DNA of 38,235 nt from Coleofasciculus sp. B1-GNL1-01 (GTDB lineage Bacteria > Cyanobacteriota > Cyanobacteriia > Cyanobacteriales > Coleofasciculaceae). The position numbers and the translations under genes are program-made. This document shows, piece after piece, positions 29,106 through 38,235 of this stretch (within the stretch, counting starts at the first letter, position 1; each line of letters begins with the position of its first letter). The DNA lies in NCBI GenBank assembly GCA_040220235.1, contig JAVJTO010000016.1; one strand, written 5' to 3'. Under the pieces are notes generated by a model, which worked only from the letters and a program-made list of their open reading frames with translations, searched no databases and was not told where the DNA came from.

Positions 29106-29302
29106 CGGACACCCTCCGTCTTCGTCAGGGAGGATACCAAGTTCGCTTAAGTAACCCCCTTTATCCCTTGGGTACTTTTTCTGTGGAACCTTCTGCCCTC
29201 TGCCTGATTATATTTTTTTAACCAGGGTTTATTTTTTTTAAGAAAACTGGACATTAGCACCATAACTGTCAAACTAAATAATATCTCTACGTTGGAGGAG
29301 AT

Positions 29303-29971
29303 TTGGCAGTGGAGTATGAAATTCGCTACAAGCCCGCCTTTGCCGCTATTTTCCTGACACTCAATCCCGGTGACAGAATCACGGCAGAAGCAGGTGCGAT
29401 GACCAGTATGGATGGTAGACTCACCGTGAAGACGGAGTTTTCGGGTGGCTTTATCCCAGGCTTACTGAAAAAGTTCTTTGGCGGAGAATCATTATTTGTT
29501 AATACATTTCATAATAAAACGCAACAACCCTTAACTTTAGTTCTCACCCAGTCCACCATTGGCGACATTGTTGGTGTGGACTTGCGCGGACGTTCTCTTT
29601 GCTTTCAACCCGGTGCTTATATTTGCCATACCTCTGGCGTCAAACTGGGGGTGCGGTGGGCGGGTGTGAAGAGTTGGTTTTCTGGAGAAGGGTTGTTCAA
29701 ACTTCAAGTGAAGGGTCAAGGAAAGGTATTTTTTGGTGCTTATGGTGGATTGACGAAAAAGCAAGTTAACGGTGACTTTGTTGTCGATACGGGTCATTTA
29801 GTCGCCTATGAACCAACCATTCAGATGAATGTTGGTTTAGCAGGCGGTTTATTGGGTTCAATGACTTCTGGCGAAGGCTTCATTAATCGACTCACGGGGA
29901 CAGGAGAAATTTATCTCCAGTCTCGCAGTATTAGTGGTTTAGTCAGCTACTTACAACCCAAATTGCGTTAA
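29303..29971 (+). CDS. TIGR00266/AIM24 family protein 1
   Basis: AEAGAM, GGESLF, SGEGLF, VVDTGHLVA, YLQSR; GGAGG before TTG. Confidence 0.92.
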   Translation: MAVEYEIRYKPAFAAIFLTLNPGDRITAEAGAMTSMDGRLTVKTEFSGGFIPGLLKKFFGGESLFVNTFHNKTQQPLTLVLTQSTIGDIVGVDLRGRSLCFQPGAYICHTSGVKLGVRWAGVKSWFSGEGLFKLQVKGQGKVFFGAYGGLTKKQVNGDFVVDTGHLVAYEPTIQMNVGLAGGLLGSMTSGEGFINRLTGTGEIYLQSRSISGLVSYLQPKLR

Positions 29972-29995
29972 TATAATACTCCAAATTTTTTGATA

Positions 29996-30673
29996 ATGAA
30001 TATTGAACTATTGCATCAACCCGATAGTGCGATCGCGCGTGTTGTTCTGGACGCGAATGAAGAGTTAGTGGCGCAAGCTGGCTGTATGATTGCCATGAAT
30101 GGTTCCATTAATGCCAGTACCACGTTGCGCCAGGGAAAGGGTGGTGGGATTTTGGGTGGACTCAAACGCATGGTGGCGGGGGAATCACTATTTTTAAGTG
30201 TATTCCGTTCACCAATTGCGGGGGGTGAAGTCTTTCTCGCGCCTAAACTCATGGGTGATCTTCTCGTCTATGAGATGAAGGGTCAAGAGTTAGTGGTTCA
30301 GGCGACATCCTATTTAGCGAGTGAGTCCGGGGTTGATATTGATCTCGGCTTTCAAGGGTTGAAATCTCTGTTTTCGGGTGAATCCATTTTTTGGTTGAGT
30401 CTTAGCGGTTATGGGGTTGTCTTGTTAACCTCATTTGGCGGAATTTATAAAATACCTGTCCATGGGGAATATGTTGTGGACACGGGTCATATTGTCGCCT
30501 TTGAAAAAAGTCTGAATTTTGATATTACCAAAGCCGGATCGAGTTGGCTAAGTGCCTTTTTAGGCGGAGAAGGACTGGTTTGTCGATTTAAAGGACAAGG
30601 AAATGTCTATTGCCAAACTCACAATCCGGGTGCGTTTGGTTCTCAGGTTGGTTCTCAACTCCCGCCGCGATGA
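29996..30673 (+). CDS. TIGR00266/AIM24 family protein 2
   Basis: AGESLF, VVDTGHIVAF, GGEGLVCRF. Confidence 0.92.
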   Translation: MNIELLHQPDSAIARVVLDANEELVAQAGCMIAMNGSINASTTLRQGKGGGILGGLKRMVAGESLFLSVFRSPIAGGEVFLAPKLMGDLLVYEMKGQELVVQATSYLASESGVDIDLGFQGLKSLFSGESIFWLSLSGYGVVLLTSFGGIYKIPVHGEYVVDTGHIVAFEKSLNFDITKAGSSWLSAFLGGEGLVCRFKGQGNVYCQTHNPGAFGSQVGSQLPPR

Positions 30674-30751
30674 GTTGGTTTAGATTGAGTTTCGTCCCTT
30701 CACAGCAAGTGGATTTAAATGGTGGGAAACATAAATAAAGGATAAATCATC

Positions 30752-31450
30752 ATGAGTCAGCAAATTTCTTATAAAATAGAGCATTCACCGTCTTATGCTT
30801 CTTTGGTTATTAACTTAAAAACCAATGAAACAGTTGTAGTTGAATCCGGCGCTATGGCAGCTATGGATACCTGTATTAAAATGAAGTCCAGGGCTAAGGG
30901 AGGTTTGATGAAAGGACTGGGGCGAATGGTGAGTGGTGAGTCCTTTTTTATCAGTGAGTTTACCGCTGAAGGCAAATCAGGACAATTGTATGTTTCGCCT
31001 GGAGTCCCTGGAGATATTTGCCATTATTATTTGCAAGGGAATGGCTTAATGATTCAATCCTCTGGATTTGTCGCCGCCAGTCCTACGGTAGAGATAGATA
31101 CCAAATTTCAAGGGTTTAAAGGCTTCTTTAGTGGCGAGTCCTTGTTTTTAATTCGGGCAACTGGCGTCGGGGATATTTGGTTTAGTTCCTATGGGGCAAT
31201 TGTAGAAATTCCTGTGGCTGGGGATTATGTGGTTGATACCAGTTACATCGTGGCATTTGAAGATACGTTGAATTATAACGTAGAAATGTTGGGCGGTTTA
31301 TCGTTTCGCGGATTAAGAACGGGGATTTTGGGCGGTGAAGGATTAGTTTGTCGGTTCAATGGAGAAGGGCGGTTATGGGTGCAGTCGCGAGAACTGTATA
31401 GTTTAATTAATTTCCTCAATCCCTTCCGCCCGACGAAGAGTAATAATTAG
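30752..31450 (+). CDS. TIGR00266/AIM24 family protein 3
   Basis: ESGAM, SGESFF, VVDTSYIVAF, GGEGLVCRF. Confidence 0.92.
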   Translation: MSQQISYKIEHSPSYASLVINLKTNETVVVESGAMAAMDTCIKMKSRAKGGLMKGLGRMVSGESFFISEFTAEGKSGQLYVSPGVPGDICHYYLQGNGLMIQSSGFVAASPTVEIDTKFQGFKGFFSGESLFLIRATGVGDIWFSSYGAIVEIPVAGDYVVDTSYIVAFEDTLNYNVEMLGGLSFRGLRTGILGGEGLVCRFNGEGRLWVQSRELYSLINFLNPFRPTKSNN

Positions 31451-31502
31451 TTAGTTAAATACTAATAAAAAATCAAGTCGTGTCAAATAAATCTGAACAG
31501 AA

Positions 31503-31907
31503 ATGACCACTCAAATTACCCTAACCTTGTCAGATGATATATACCAGAAAGCCGAATACTTTGCCCAATTGACAAACCGTAATGTAGCTGATGTCTTGGC
31601 GCAAGTGATTGCCCTCTCTTTTTCTCCGCTTACGCCTAATACTGTATCGACTGAGAGTCAAGAAAGGGTGTCAGTGGCTACGCTTTCTAATCAGGAGGTT
31701 ATCGCTTTAACTGAATTACAGATGGAACCTGAACAAGACCAACGTTTAAGTGAACTACTCTATAATCAACAGGCGGGAACGCTGACTGATGCTGAACGTT
31801 CTCAACTGTGGGTTTTGATGCAAGTTTATCAAGAGAAACTATTACTTAAAGCTCAGGCATTGCGCGAGGCAGTTCAGCGAGGCTTGCGAGAACCTTTAAA
31901 TGCATGA
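31503..31907 (+). CDS. Hypothetical protein, RHH-like N-terminus, possible antitoxin
   Basis: QITLTLSDDIYQKA strand-helix start; ATGA overlap with HNH gene. Confidence 0.75.
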   Translation: MTTQITLTLSDDIYQKAEYFAQLTNRNVADVLAQVIALSFSPLTPNTVSTESQERVSVATLSNQEVIALTELQMEPEQDQRLSELLYNQQAGTLTDAERSQLWVLMQVYQEKLLLKAQALREAVQRGLREPLNA

Positions 31908-32335
31908 ACACAGGCAGGATATCGGAAGCACTGCGGGACAAAATTCGCACCCAAGCTGGCAACCAATGCGGTTACTGTCGTAGTTTACAGAAATATGTTC
32001 TGGGAGTTTTGGAAATTGAACATATTATTCCTAAGGCAAAAGGAGGTACAGATGAGGAAGAGAATTTATGGTTAGCTTGTCGTCTATGTAATAGTTATAA
32101 GGGGATACAAACCGATGCAGAAGACCCAGTAACGGGTAAACGAGTGAAGTTATTTAATCCCAGACAGCAAAAATGGTCAAGACATTTTGCTTGGAGCGAG
32201 GATGGTACTCAAATTCTGGGACGTACTGCCTGCGGTAGAGCCACGGTTATTGCTCTCCAATTGAACAATATTGTATCAGTCACAGTTAGACAACAATGGG
32301 TGATGGCAGGTTGGCATCCTCCTACAGAAAACTGA
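31904..32335 (+). CDS. HNH endonuclease
   Basis: CGYC, EIEHIIP, GGT, NLWLACRLCN, LFNPR. Confidence 0.93.
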   Translation: MNTGRISEALRDKIRTQAGNQCGYCRSLQKYVLGVLEIEHIIPKAKGGTDEEENLWLACRLCNSYKGIQTDAEDPVTGKRVKLFNPRQQKWSRHFAWSEDGTQILGRTACGRATVIALQLNNIVSVTVRQQWVMAGWHPPTEN

Positions 32336-32441
32336 TCGTTTTTCTCCCAGGTATAATGTTGTATAATTAGGATTAATATCTTAACCTTAAATTGAATCAA
32401 GTCACTCATTGATTTGAGCGAGGAGCAAACGTTGATTAAAA

Positions 32442-33251
32442 ATGTCCATGTCTAATGCTCCAACGAATCGCAATCCCCCACCGAGTAATCGCCAACTCCT
32501 AATTTTATTGGGGCTATTTATCGGTTTTATTGTGGCTGTTCTCTGGCTGTTGAATCTGCTGGTGAATGGTTTAATTGGGATGATTCCGCCAAGTGTGGAA
32601 CAAAAATTGGGGGCGGTAATTGTGCCAGTTTATGAGAAACAAGCTAAACCGTCCCCAACTCAAGATACTCTGAACCACTTATTAGATCGTTTGGAGCGAG
32701 AACTTCCTCCTGAACAACAAAAAGCACGGGATTATCAGGTGCTGTATTTGCCCGAGTCTACGGTGAATGCGATCGCGTTACCGGGAGATGCTATTGTTAT
32801 TTATCAGGGTTTACTGGAACAAGCCGAGTCTGAGAATGAATTGATGATGGTATTAGCCCATGAATTGGGTCATTTTGCTCACCGGGATCACCTGCGGGGT
32901 TTGGGGCGAGTGTTGCTGGTACGGGTAGCCTTAGCTTATTTCTTCGGAGATGCAGGAGCCTTACAATCAGCGGCTTCGGGGGCGGTGGAAGCCATTGCGC
33001 GATCGCAGTATTCTCAGTCTCAAGAAAAGGAAGCGGATGCGTTTGGTTTAATGTTATTAGATGACACTTATGGTCATGTCGCCGGGGCTACGGACTTTTT
33101 TGAACGAATGAGTGAGAAACCCGGAGGCAATTTTGCCTTCCTGTCAACCCATCCCGCACCCAAAAAACGGGTGGAAGAGTTGGAACGTTTGATTGAAAAG
33201 CGGGGGTATGAAATCGGGAGGCGATCGCCTTTACCAAAAACTTTGAAATGA
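32442..33251 (+). CDS. M48 family zinc metallopeptidase
   Basis: N-terminal TM, NAIALPG, HELGH, EKEAD, STHP. Confidence 0.93.
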   Translation: MSMSNAPTNRNPPPSNRQLLILLGLFIGFIVAVLWLLNLLVNGLIGMIPPSVEQKLGAVIVPVYEKQAKPSPTQDTLNHLLDRLERELPPEQQKARDYQVLYLPESTVNAIALPGDAIVIYQGLLEQAESENELMMVLAHELGHFAHRDHLRGLGRVLLVRVALAYFFGDAGALQSAASGAVEAIARSQYSQSQEKEADAFGLMLLDDTYGHVAGATDFFERMSEKPGGNFAFLSTHPAPKKRVEELERLIEKRGYEIGRRSPLPKTLK

Positions 33252-33264
33252 ACAATAAGCATCT

Positions 33265-33400
33265 GCCAAGAACTCAAGTTCTTGGCTAAAAGCTTAAGTC
33301 CATTAAAATGGACTAATATCAATTATGTCATGTATAAAATGATTATCCTAGTCAGCTTTAGCTGAGTTGAGCTTTTAGCCGTGGGTTTAAACCCACGGCT
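33265..33400. repeat. REPIN/MITE-like symmetric unit
   Basis: Outer hairpins GCCAAGAACT(C)AAGTTCTTGGC and AGCCGTGGGTTTAAACCCACGGCT, arms GGCTAAAAGCT..AGCTTTTAGCC, inner hairpins. Confidence 0.75.
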
Positions 33401-33482
33401 CGTCTTATACTGAGACTCTTAGAGCAACATATCGGGAAAAATTAGGCAAGATAAAAAGAGTAGCCGCTAACAGCAAGACTCT

Positions 33483-34856
33483 ATGAAACCACTAACCGGT
33501 CCGCGCACACCCCGATATCTGAGAATTTTCCGGATCATCAAGCTGATTTTTCGCCCCTTGGACTACCTAGAGGATTATGCTCAACGGTATGGAGATATGA
33601 TCAAAATTGGCGGGGATAACGCTCCTCCCTTTATCTATGTCAGCAATCCCCAGGCGATTAAACAGATTTTTACGGCTGATCCATCAGTTTTTGAATCGGG
33701 TCGAGGAAATGGGGTATTACGCTATTTACTAGGGGATAACTCCCTAATTTTACTGGATGGAGAACCCCATCAGCGCCAACGCCGCCTGCTGATGCCTCCC
33801 TTTCATGGCGATCGCTTGCGAGAATATGGTCAGCTTATTTGCGATATTACGGACAGGGTAACGGCAGAATGGACAGTGGGTCAACCGTTGATTATCCGTA
33901 CCTATACCCAAGAGATTACGCTGCGGGTGATTTTACAAGCCGTGTTTGGCTTGGATCACGGAGAACGTTACACCCAACTGAAACGCCTGCTGAGTACCCT
34001 GTTGGCATCCTTTGACTCTCCCCTGAGTTCCACTCTGCTGTTTTTCCCTTGGCTGCGACAGGATTGGGGTGCATGGAGTCCATGGGGGTATTTTTTAGCG
34101 TTAAAGCAGCAGGTCAAACAATTAATTTTTGATGAAATTCGCGAACGTCGAGAGCAAGGGGATTGGTCACGAACTGATATTTTAACCTTACTTCTATCGG
34201 CGCGAGATGAAGCAGGTGAGCCGATGACGGATGAGGAATTACATGATCAGTTAATGACACTGCTAATTGCGGGTCATGAAACCACAGCGTCTGCATTGGT
34301 TTGGGCATTGTATTGGATTCATTATCTACCAGACGTGCGTCAAAAGCTGCTTGAGGAATTAGAAACATTGGATGCCGAGAGCGATCCCATGGCAATGTCT
34401 CGGCTTCCCTATCTGACAGCCGTCTGTCAAGAAACCCTGAGAATTTATCCCATTGCTCCCAGTACTTTCCCTCGGATTCTTAAGTCACCCATGGAAATTA
34501 TGGGGTATCACTTTGAAGCAGGTACAGCGTTTATGCCTTCTATTTATTTAGTTCATCATCGGGACGATATCTATCCAGAACCCAAGCAGTTTAAACCGGA
34601 ACGTTTTCTAGAACGGCAATATTCCCCTTACGAATATCTGCCCTTTGGTGGCGGGAACCGTCGCTGTATTGGTTCAGCATTGGCACTGTTGGAAATGAAG
34701 CTGGTGCTGGCGACTGTTTTGTCAAAGTTTGAACTGGAATTAACCGATAACCGTCCAGTGAAGCCGATGCGTCGCGGTTTAACGATCGCGCCTCCTGGCA
34801 ACCTGCGAATGGTTCCTAAGCAGCGTCGGCAACAGAAAGCCCCAGCGATGGTTTAG
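33483..34856 (+). CDS. Cytochrome P450 (CYP110-like)
   Basis: AGHETT, ETLR, PERF, FGGGNRRCIG. Confidence 0.95.
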   Translation: MKPLTGPRTPRYLRIFRIIKLIFRPLDYLEDYAQRYGDMIKIGGDNAPPFIYVSNPQAIKQIFTADPSVFESGRGNGVLRYLLGDNSLILLDGEPHQRQRRLLMPPFHGDRLREYGQLICDITDRVTAEWTVGQPLIIRTYTQEITLRVILQAVFGLDHGERYTQLKRLLSTLLASFDSPLSSTLLFFPWLRQDWGAWSPWGYFLALKQQVKQLIFDEIRERREQGDWSRTDILTLLLSARDEAGEPMTDEELHDQLMTLLIAGHETTASALVWALYWIHYLPDVRQKLLEELETLDAESDPMAMSRLPYLTAVCQETLRIYPIAPSTFPRILKSPMEIMGYHFEAGTAFMPSIYLVHHRDDIYPEPKQFKPERFLERQYSPYEYLPFGGGNRRCIGSALALLEMKLVLATVLSKFELELTDNRPVKPMRRGLTIAPPGNLRMVPKQRRQQKAPAMV

Positions 34857-34996
34857 ATCCTGCGATAAAACGCATTCCACGACTTGAGTTGGATCACGCC
34901 AGTTGACCCCAAACAACCTCATCGGATCTAGGGCTAAGGTTCCCTTACTACGAACGAACATAAGGTAAGATTTGATGAGAGTTTAAGGGTCTTGCT

Positions 34997-36670
34997 GTGT
35001 CCTCTGAAATGCAAAGTGCGATCGCATCGCCTAAACGATCGCTGATTCGGTTTATTCTGTTGGTTATTGTTGGCTTGGCTTTGGCGTTAGGGCTGGCGAA
35101 TTGTGATACTCAGTCTCCCCAAACTAGCGAGAGTCCCGCGATTCCGGCTGATACGTTGGTTTATGGTTCGGGTGGACAACCCGTGAACCTGGAACCGGGA
35201 AATATTACGGATGGCAATTCGATTGTTGTGCAGCATCAAATCTACAATACGCTGCTGAGTATTAAACCGGGAACCACGGAGTTAGAACCGGGATTGGCGA
35301 CGGAGTGGACAGTATCTGAGGATGGGAAGACGTGGACATTTAAGCTACGCGATGATGTTAAATTTCATGATGGTAGCGATTTTAATGCCGAAGCGGTAAG
35401 GTTTAATGTAGAACGTTGGTGGAATCCAGACAGTGAGTTTGGTTATCGGGATGCGGGGAAAAATTACGAGATTTGGGCAAATTTGTTTGGCGGGTATAAG
35501 GGAAGTCCGGACTCAATTTTGCAAGATATTGTGGTTGTGGATGATAATACGATTGAGTTTATCCTCCAGCAACCCTTTGCCGCATTTCCGGCGGCGATAG
35601 CTTCAGGTTATTTTGGGATTGCCAGTCCCGATGCGATTAAACAAGCGGGGGCGGATTATGGCACGCCTGCATCCTTGGCAGTGGGGACGGGACCGTTTAT
35701 CTTTAAAGAATGGCGGACAGGCGATCGCATTGTTCTGGAACAGAATCCGAACTATTGGAAACCGGATTTACCGAAGTCTGATCAGGTGGTGATTCGCTTC
35801 ATTACTGATCCCTCGGCAAGGTTGGCACAATTACGGGCGGGTACGATTGATTTTACTGTGGATTTAGCCCCGGATCAACTCCCAGAAATCGAAAATGATG
35901 CCAATTTAGACGCCGTATTTCGTCCCTCGTTTAACGTCGGCTATTTAGCGCTAAATCCCAGCTATGAACCCCTGTCTCAGGTAGAAGTCCGTCGTGCGAT
36001 CGCGCAAGCTATTAACTCCTCAGAAATTGTCCCCGCCTTCTGGGGAGAATTGGGTCAACATGATAACCATTTTACCCCACCGTCTCTCTCGGAGTATCAG
36101 TCTGAGCAAATTATCAACTATTCCTACAATCCTCAACAAGCCCAACAACTGATTGCTGATGCAGGGTATCCCAATGGCTTTGACCTAGATTTGTGGTATA
36201 TGCCCGTCAGTCGTCCCTATTTTCCCACACCCAAACCCATCGCGGAAGCGATAGCCGCCGAATTAAGTGCAATTGGGATTAACGTCAACTTACAAACTAA
36301 AGATTGGGCAGCCTATTTAGAGGATCGGCGAAAATCACCAGGATTTCAAGCATTTATGTTGGGATGGACAGGGGATTATGGAGATCCCGATAACTTTTAC
36401 TATGCCCATTTTGGTACCGGCGCAACCGAAGATTTAGGCGGCTGGAAAAATGAGCAAATTCTCCAGCTTTTAGAACAAGGAAGGGCGACAACGGATCAAG
36501 CCGAACGGACTCAAATTTATGCCCAAGTGGATGAAATTGTAGCCCAAGAAGCCATCCGATTACCCATCGTTCACTCCCAACCCTTATTGGCAAAACGCAA
36601 AACCATTACCGGGTGGACACCCAGTCCCTTAGGTTCAGAACCCTTTGAAACAATAAGCAAAGGTTTGTAG
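34997..36670 (+). CDS. Peptide ABC transporter substrate-binding protein (family 5, DppA-like)
   Basis: Lipoprotein-like LGLANC, LATEW, VKFHDG, GTGPF, VRRAIA, GWTGDYGDPDNF. Confidence 0.94.
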   Translation: MSSEMQSAIASPKRSLIRFILLVIVGLALALGLANCDTQSPQTSESPAIPADTLVYGSGGQPVNLEPGNITDGNSIVVQHQIYNTLLSIKPGTTELEPGLATEWTVSEDGKTWTFKLRDDVKFHDGSDFNAEAVRFNVERWWNPDSEFGYRDAGKNYEIWANLFGGYKGSPDSILQDIVVVDDNTIEFILQQPFAAFPAAIASGYFGIASPDAIKQAGADYGTPASLAVGTGPFIFKEWRTGDRIVLEQNPNYWKPDLPKSDQVVIRFITDPSARLAQLRAGTIDFTVDLAPDQLPEIENDANLDAVFRPSFNVGYLALNPSYEPLSQVEVRRAIAQAINSSEIVPAFWGELGQHDNHFTPPSLSEYQSEQIINYSYNPQQAQQLIADAGYPNGFDLDLWYMPVSRPYFPTPKPIAEAIAAELSAIGINVNLQTKDWAAYLEDRRKSPGFQAFMLGWTGDYGDPDNFYYAHFGTGATEDLGGWKNEQILQLLEQGRATTDQAERTQIYAQVDEIVAQEAIRLPIVHSQPLLAKRKTITGWTPSPLGSEPFETISKGL

Positions 36671-36708
36671 TTGCGCTTGTAGTTGCGCTTGTAGTTGCGC
36701 TTTAGCGC
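36665..36708. repeat. 12-mer tandem repeat TTGTAGTTGCGC x3 + TTTAGCGC
   Basis: Read directly; overlaps the stop codon; similar to GTAGTAAGCGCTTTAGCG near 16467. Confidence 0.85.
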
Positions 36709-37355
36709 CATTAAAAGTAGAGCGTTGACCACAAACCCTTAATTAACTCAATCCCTATTAATCTTGTAGATTGACTTGAACGAAAGGATAAAAAGATGAT
36801 TTGAGGAAATTATTTATTTGTCTGTGTCAATCTGTGTCCCTCACCATTCAGGCTTCTGTCTGCATCATTCCTTTTGTGCAATTTGTGTTTTTGTCAATAC
36901 TTAGTCATGATTTTTATCGAAACTTAAAAAAAATACATGCATCCAAGGAGACATTGGCAGTGAGACAAGAATCGAAAATTATACAAAGTTCCACGAAGAT
37001 TCAAGGAGTTTAGCTGGGTCAAAATTAGTTTTGCCCACAAAATATCCACCATAGATAGTATACCTGAAAACCACACAAGCCTCTCACAATCGCCGTAACC
37101 CCTGAAACTTCGTAGCTTTTTCCCAGAAAGAGGTAAAAAACGAGTAATTATGACGTTTTGTTGAGACGAGACTCTGATTGGAAAATTTAAACTGTTCTGG
37201 GAGTAAAAATAGTTTAAATTATCATAACTTGACAAATTGAGGCGAAACGACATTGAGTCAAGCTGAGGAAATGTCAGTAGCAAAGGAGAAAGAAAGAACC
37301 AAGTGGTATCTAGTGAATAGTGGTTATCAAAAGAAGTGCGATCGCGCAGGTATAA

Positions 37356-37541
37356 TTGGCTCTGATTAGTTTAAAGTCCAACCTCCAAGAAGCACTCGAA
37401 AAGCTAGAGGGGGTAACTGAAAATAATAGTATTCGCGTGGTGGCAGTCTCTGTACAGGAATGGCAGTTTACAATGGAAGAACGGATCACTAGGGTGGAAT
37501 ATTTAATTAAAAGACAACAAGAGTTACTTGAACTCCTGTGA
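37356..37541 (+). pseudogene. Probable C-terminal remnant of a HipA-like kinase
   Basis: VAVSVQEW...EERITRVEYLIKRQQEL resembles the ending of kinases that precede DUF3037 genes; no catalytic motifs remain. Confidence 0.4.
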
Positions 37542-37566
37542 ATCCTCTGAGTATAAGGCAAAAGCA

Positions 37567-37846
37567 ATGGTTAGTCGATACAGTATCGTCCAATACGTTC
37601 CCAATCCGATTGCTGATGAGCGGATCAATATTGGTGTGCTTGCCTTTGATGATAATCGGGTATGTGTTCGATTTTTAAGCAATTGGGAACGGGTAAAACG
37701 CTTTGGAATGGAAGATATTCATTTCCTCAAAGATTTCGCGAGTCGCATGGAGGATGCGGCTGCTGATGGATTATTGTTTCCGGGAGATTCGCCGAATGAG
37801 ACTCCAAAACAGGAACGTTTAATCCGAGTCGTTCAGAATTGGTTTA
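37567..37846 (+). pseudogene. DUF3037-domain protein, truncated by insertion
   Basis: YSIVQYVPNPIADERINIGV signature; sequence switches to an IS/MITE-like end at TA 37845-37846. Confidence 0.75.
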
Positions 37847-37966
37847 CAGCGGTTTTCAAGTTGATAGACTACAGTAGCAGCAGTGAATAAAACAACTCCG
37901 TATGGTCAAAGTAAGCTTTGGGCTATCTGAAATCAAGCTTACCCCATTGAGTTTAAAATAGCTTAG

Positions 37967-38235
37967 GAGCGAGAAAAAATCTCATCGGGGCAAGTTGTTA
38001 AGGCGATGATTCTGAATGGTTTAGGGTTTGTGTCTAAGCCCTTATACTTATTTAGTAATTTTTTTGAAGATAAAGACATTAAAAAACTATTAGAGAACTC
38101 AGTTAACCGTGATTATTTAAATGATGACCAACTCGGTCGAGTGATGGATAAACTCTATAAATATGGATTGACTCAACTCTTTCTAGAAATAGCAATCGCT
38201 TTAACGAAGACATTTAAGATAGAAGTAAAATTTAA
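37967..38235 (+). mobile_element. IS1634-family transposase fragment (5' truncated, runs off right edge)
   Basis: Manual translation EKISSGQVVKAMILNGLGFVSKPLYLFSNFFEDK...LNDDQLGRVMDKLY; in-frame TAG at 37964-37966. Confidence 0.88.

Noticed and set aside
36801..37567. ORFs 36801-37013, 36924-37283, 37310-37567
   Set aside because: AT-rich, mutually overlapping, no motifs; probably non-coding or decayed DNA

Overview
Chromosomal window of a cyanobacterium (roughly 30 HIP1 GCGATCGC octamers, psbD, STRR/REP-type repeats; the gene and repeat style suggests a filamentous Oscillatoriales-type organism such as Coleofasciculus, which is inference). Core genes: 5' part of psbD (missed by the ORF track), a UPF0367-ABC ATPase-NYN/YacP cluster, an M16 peptidase pair, Ap4A phosphorylase, typA, three AIM24/TIGR00266 genes plus an M48 peptidase, a CYP110-like P450 and a peptide ABC binding protein. 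Accessory material: PAS-GGDEF-EAL, Uma2, two Ser/Thr kinases, a clan AA aspartic protease, MntA-HepT, TPR-CHAT, PEP-CTERM, an HNH/partner pair and an array of small XRE genes. The most notable unannotated structures are (1) a ~500 bp ORF-less IS200/IS605 element (9199-9700, minus) that keeps both ends, a -10 box and a TnpB omega-RNA-like scaffold whose predicted guide reads into a REP repeat; (2) a deleted tnpB element inside an FTR1 pseudogene whose right-end hairpin holds a MITE, which itself holds a small repeat; (3) a ~1.1 kb two-gene cassette bounded by ~50 bp inverted repeats next to four tandem XRE genes; (4) a decayed HipA-like kinase/DUF3037 pair cut by IS sequence at the right edge. 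No rRNA, tRNA or CRISPR array was seen. All family calls are by eye from motifs; no searches were run.
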